From assembly GCA_963702535.1 (NCBI GenBank), contig CAVPDG010000025.1:237315-301314 (forward strand): a DNA stretch of 64,000 nucleotides, read 5' to 3'. Positions 62,575 through 64,000 of the stretch are shown one piece after another. The stretch's first letter is position 1, and each line of letters opens with the position of its first letter. The translations under genes and the position numbers were made by a program. The DNA is from an uncultured Chloroflexia bacterium (GTDB taxonomy: Bacteria > Chloroflexota > Anaerolineae > Anaerolineales > UBA4823). The notes under the pieces are model-generated. The model did no database searches, was not told the DNA's origin, and was given only the letters and a program-made list of their open reading frames with translations.

Positions 62575-64000
62575 CTATTGCGCCAGCCCAAGATCGATCA
62601 AGAGGTTGTTGAGGGCAAATCCCGTGCCCTGAATGACTGCAAACAAGAAAAACAGCCCGACGACAAAGGTACCCAGGTAGAGAACTGGCAGCAGGAAAGT
62701 ACGCCAGCCGCGTAGCTCGTGCGCCGCGGCAGTGCCGACCCAGATGCCAAAAAGCACCAGGAGCAGAGAGATAAAGCGCATCATGGGTCCGATCAAAGGC
62801 AGAAAACCAAGCAGCTCGAGAATGTGAGCGCTCTGGGCGAAACCCGCCACACGCATGGTGGACGTGTAGTGCCTTTTACCGCGCAGTAGTCGGGCTGCCA
62901 AAAACAGGAACAATACCACTACAAACCAAAGCATGTAGCGCAGCAGAATATCGACAATATCGAACTTGCCCAGCGCGTTTACAGATTGGATCGCCTGTGC
63001 CAGCAGGGAAATTAATAGTGCAGGCGCGGTCATATATGCATCCCTGGCGATTTCCCGGTAGGCATCCCGGTTAAGTGTTACCGCCTGCATAGCGAGGCGC
63101 AGCCACACCCCAACCTGGCTAATGCCTTTCGCCAGGTTTGCCACTGTCCAAGGCTCTATTAAAGGAGCAACAGGGCGCTCCGGTTTGGGTGTCGGACCCG
63201 GCAGACCGCGGCGCGAATCGAGGATCGCCTTAAATTCCTGCGCTGAACGCGTCTCGGGGACCTGCATGTCACCAGGGTGGAACATGTAAGCATCCGTCTG
63301 CTCGCCCCCCAGACCACCATGGTTGCCGATCAGCTCCTCCAGGGCCGCCACGCTGCCGTCCGGAAAGAGGGTGCTGTTCAGGATCAAGTCTCCGGAATTG
63401 TCAAAATCCGCCAGGCGGAGAAGCTGCCCGGCGCGTAGCTCGACATCGCCATACGGCAGCAGGGGATCTTCTCCGACGACGTCGCCCGTGTGCAGGTTGC
63501 GCGCCCCGCGCTTGCCAAATACCACCGCATTCAGATCGTCTTCATATGCGATCACAAAACCGATACCTTCGTGGGCGACCAGCTTATCGACCAGCCCTGG
63601 ATACGCTACATTCAATTCATTCAGGGTAATCTTACGTGGGTATAGATCAAAGTACACCAGCGCGCCGTTTCCGCCATAAGCCAGGGTGACGTTGGCTGGC
63701 TTTGCCTCCTGAAAAGAATCTTGTTTTGAGAGGCTGCTGCGGATCAGGCGCTGCCCCTGGCGGACGGTGGCTTTGCCTACCGCACCACCTTGCTTTTCCA
63801 CCTCCATATTCTCGAGCTCATCCATCATCGCAGCCACACCGATGGTCCCATCATCTCCACCACCGGAACCTGATACGCTGGCGCCCTGGGGCAGCTGCTG
63901 CTGGATAAACTCCAGAATGCTGATCCCATAGCGCTGCTTGAACGTCGGCCCGAAAGATTGACCATGGTCAGATAGCAGAATCAGCTCGTATGGTCTTGGC
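62575..64000 (-). CDS. alkaline-phosphatase-superfamily (type I phosphodiesterase/nucleotide pyrophosphatase-like) domain fused to a C-terminal Yip1-like membrane domain; 5' end beyond window
   Basis: The frame is open to position 64000 and reads ...PRPYELILLSDHGQSFGPTFKQRYG... upstream of the listed ORF. Later ...LIGNHGGLGGEQT.... The last ~170 aa contain about 5 TM helices. Confidence 0.6.
   Translation of the reverse strand, partial: PRPYELILLSDHGQSFGPTFKQRYGISILEFIQQQLPQGASVSGSGGGDDGTIGVAAMMDELENMEVEKQGGAVGKATVRQGQRLIRSSLSKQDSFQEAKPANVTLAYGGNGALVYFDLYPRKITLNELNVAYPGLVDKLVAHEGIGFVIAYEDDLNAVVFGKRGARNLHTGDVVGEDPLLPYGDVELRAGQLLRLADFDNSGDLILNSTLFPDGSVAALEELIGNHGGLGGEQTDAYMFHPGDMQVPETRSAQEFKAILDSRRGLPGPTPKPERPVAPLIEPWTVANLAKGISQVGVWLRLAMQAVTLNRDAYREIARDAYMTAPALLISLLAQAIQSVNALGKFDIVDILLRYMLWFVVVLFLFLAARLLRGKRHYTSTMRVAGFAQSAHILELLGFLPLIGPMMRFISLLLVLFGIWVGTAAAHELRGWRTFLLPVLYLGTFVVGLFFLFAVIQGTGFALNNLLIDLGLAQ

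Overview
Bacterial chromosomal window made mostly of core genes. The repertoire and protein style are reminiscent of an aerobic Chloroflexota/Anaerolineae-like organism, but this is inference and was not verified.

Gene content, left to right:
- An M23 peptidase, tRNA-Pro(GGG), two tandem TAT-signal L,D-transpeptidases and an S9-type hydrolase.
- A TetR-controlled MacB-type ABC efflux operon.
- A complete caa3-type cytochrome c oxidase and biogenesis operon: REC-like ORF, ctaC, ctaD, subunit IV, ctaE, sco, a membrane ORF, surf1 and a fused ctaA-ctaB.
- A NarL-type two-component pair, then bcp, a CheY-like REC and two moeA paralogues separated by an IS630-family remnant.
- A UbiA prenyltransferase, DinB, a rhodanese and proline dehydrogenase.
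- An operon of rpoN, a PAS/GAF kinase and a sigma-54 activator.
- Two paralogous lipoproteins and the ftsZ neighbourhood.
- A ~5.5 kb TPR gene followed by a TPR/clan-CD-protease-like gene.
- Lipid and sugar metabolism genes.
- A small accessory patch: truncated tRNA-Arg-like gene, tyrosine integrase, higBA, integrase remnant and phd-vapC.
- Membrane and hydrolase genes running to the window end.

No rRNA and no CRISPR array were seen.

Most notable observations:
1. Consensus sigma-54 (-24/-12) promoters sit in front of rpoN itself, ftsZ and neighbouring genes. The co-encoded enhancer-binding protein lacks a DNA-binding domain.
2. The rhodanese has a single in-frame TGA at a conserved Cys position, followed by a SECIS-like hairpin.
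3. There are more than 30 single-base reading-frame breaks in otherwise well-conserved genes, plus a T40/G11 tract flanked by a 68-bp duplication inside rpoN. These most likely reflect consensus or assembly errors, and they condition every other interpretation.
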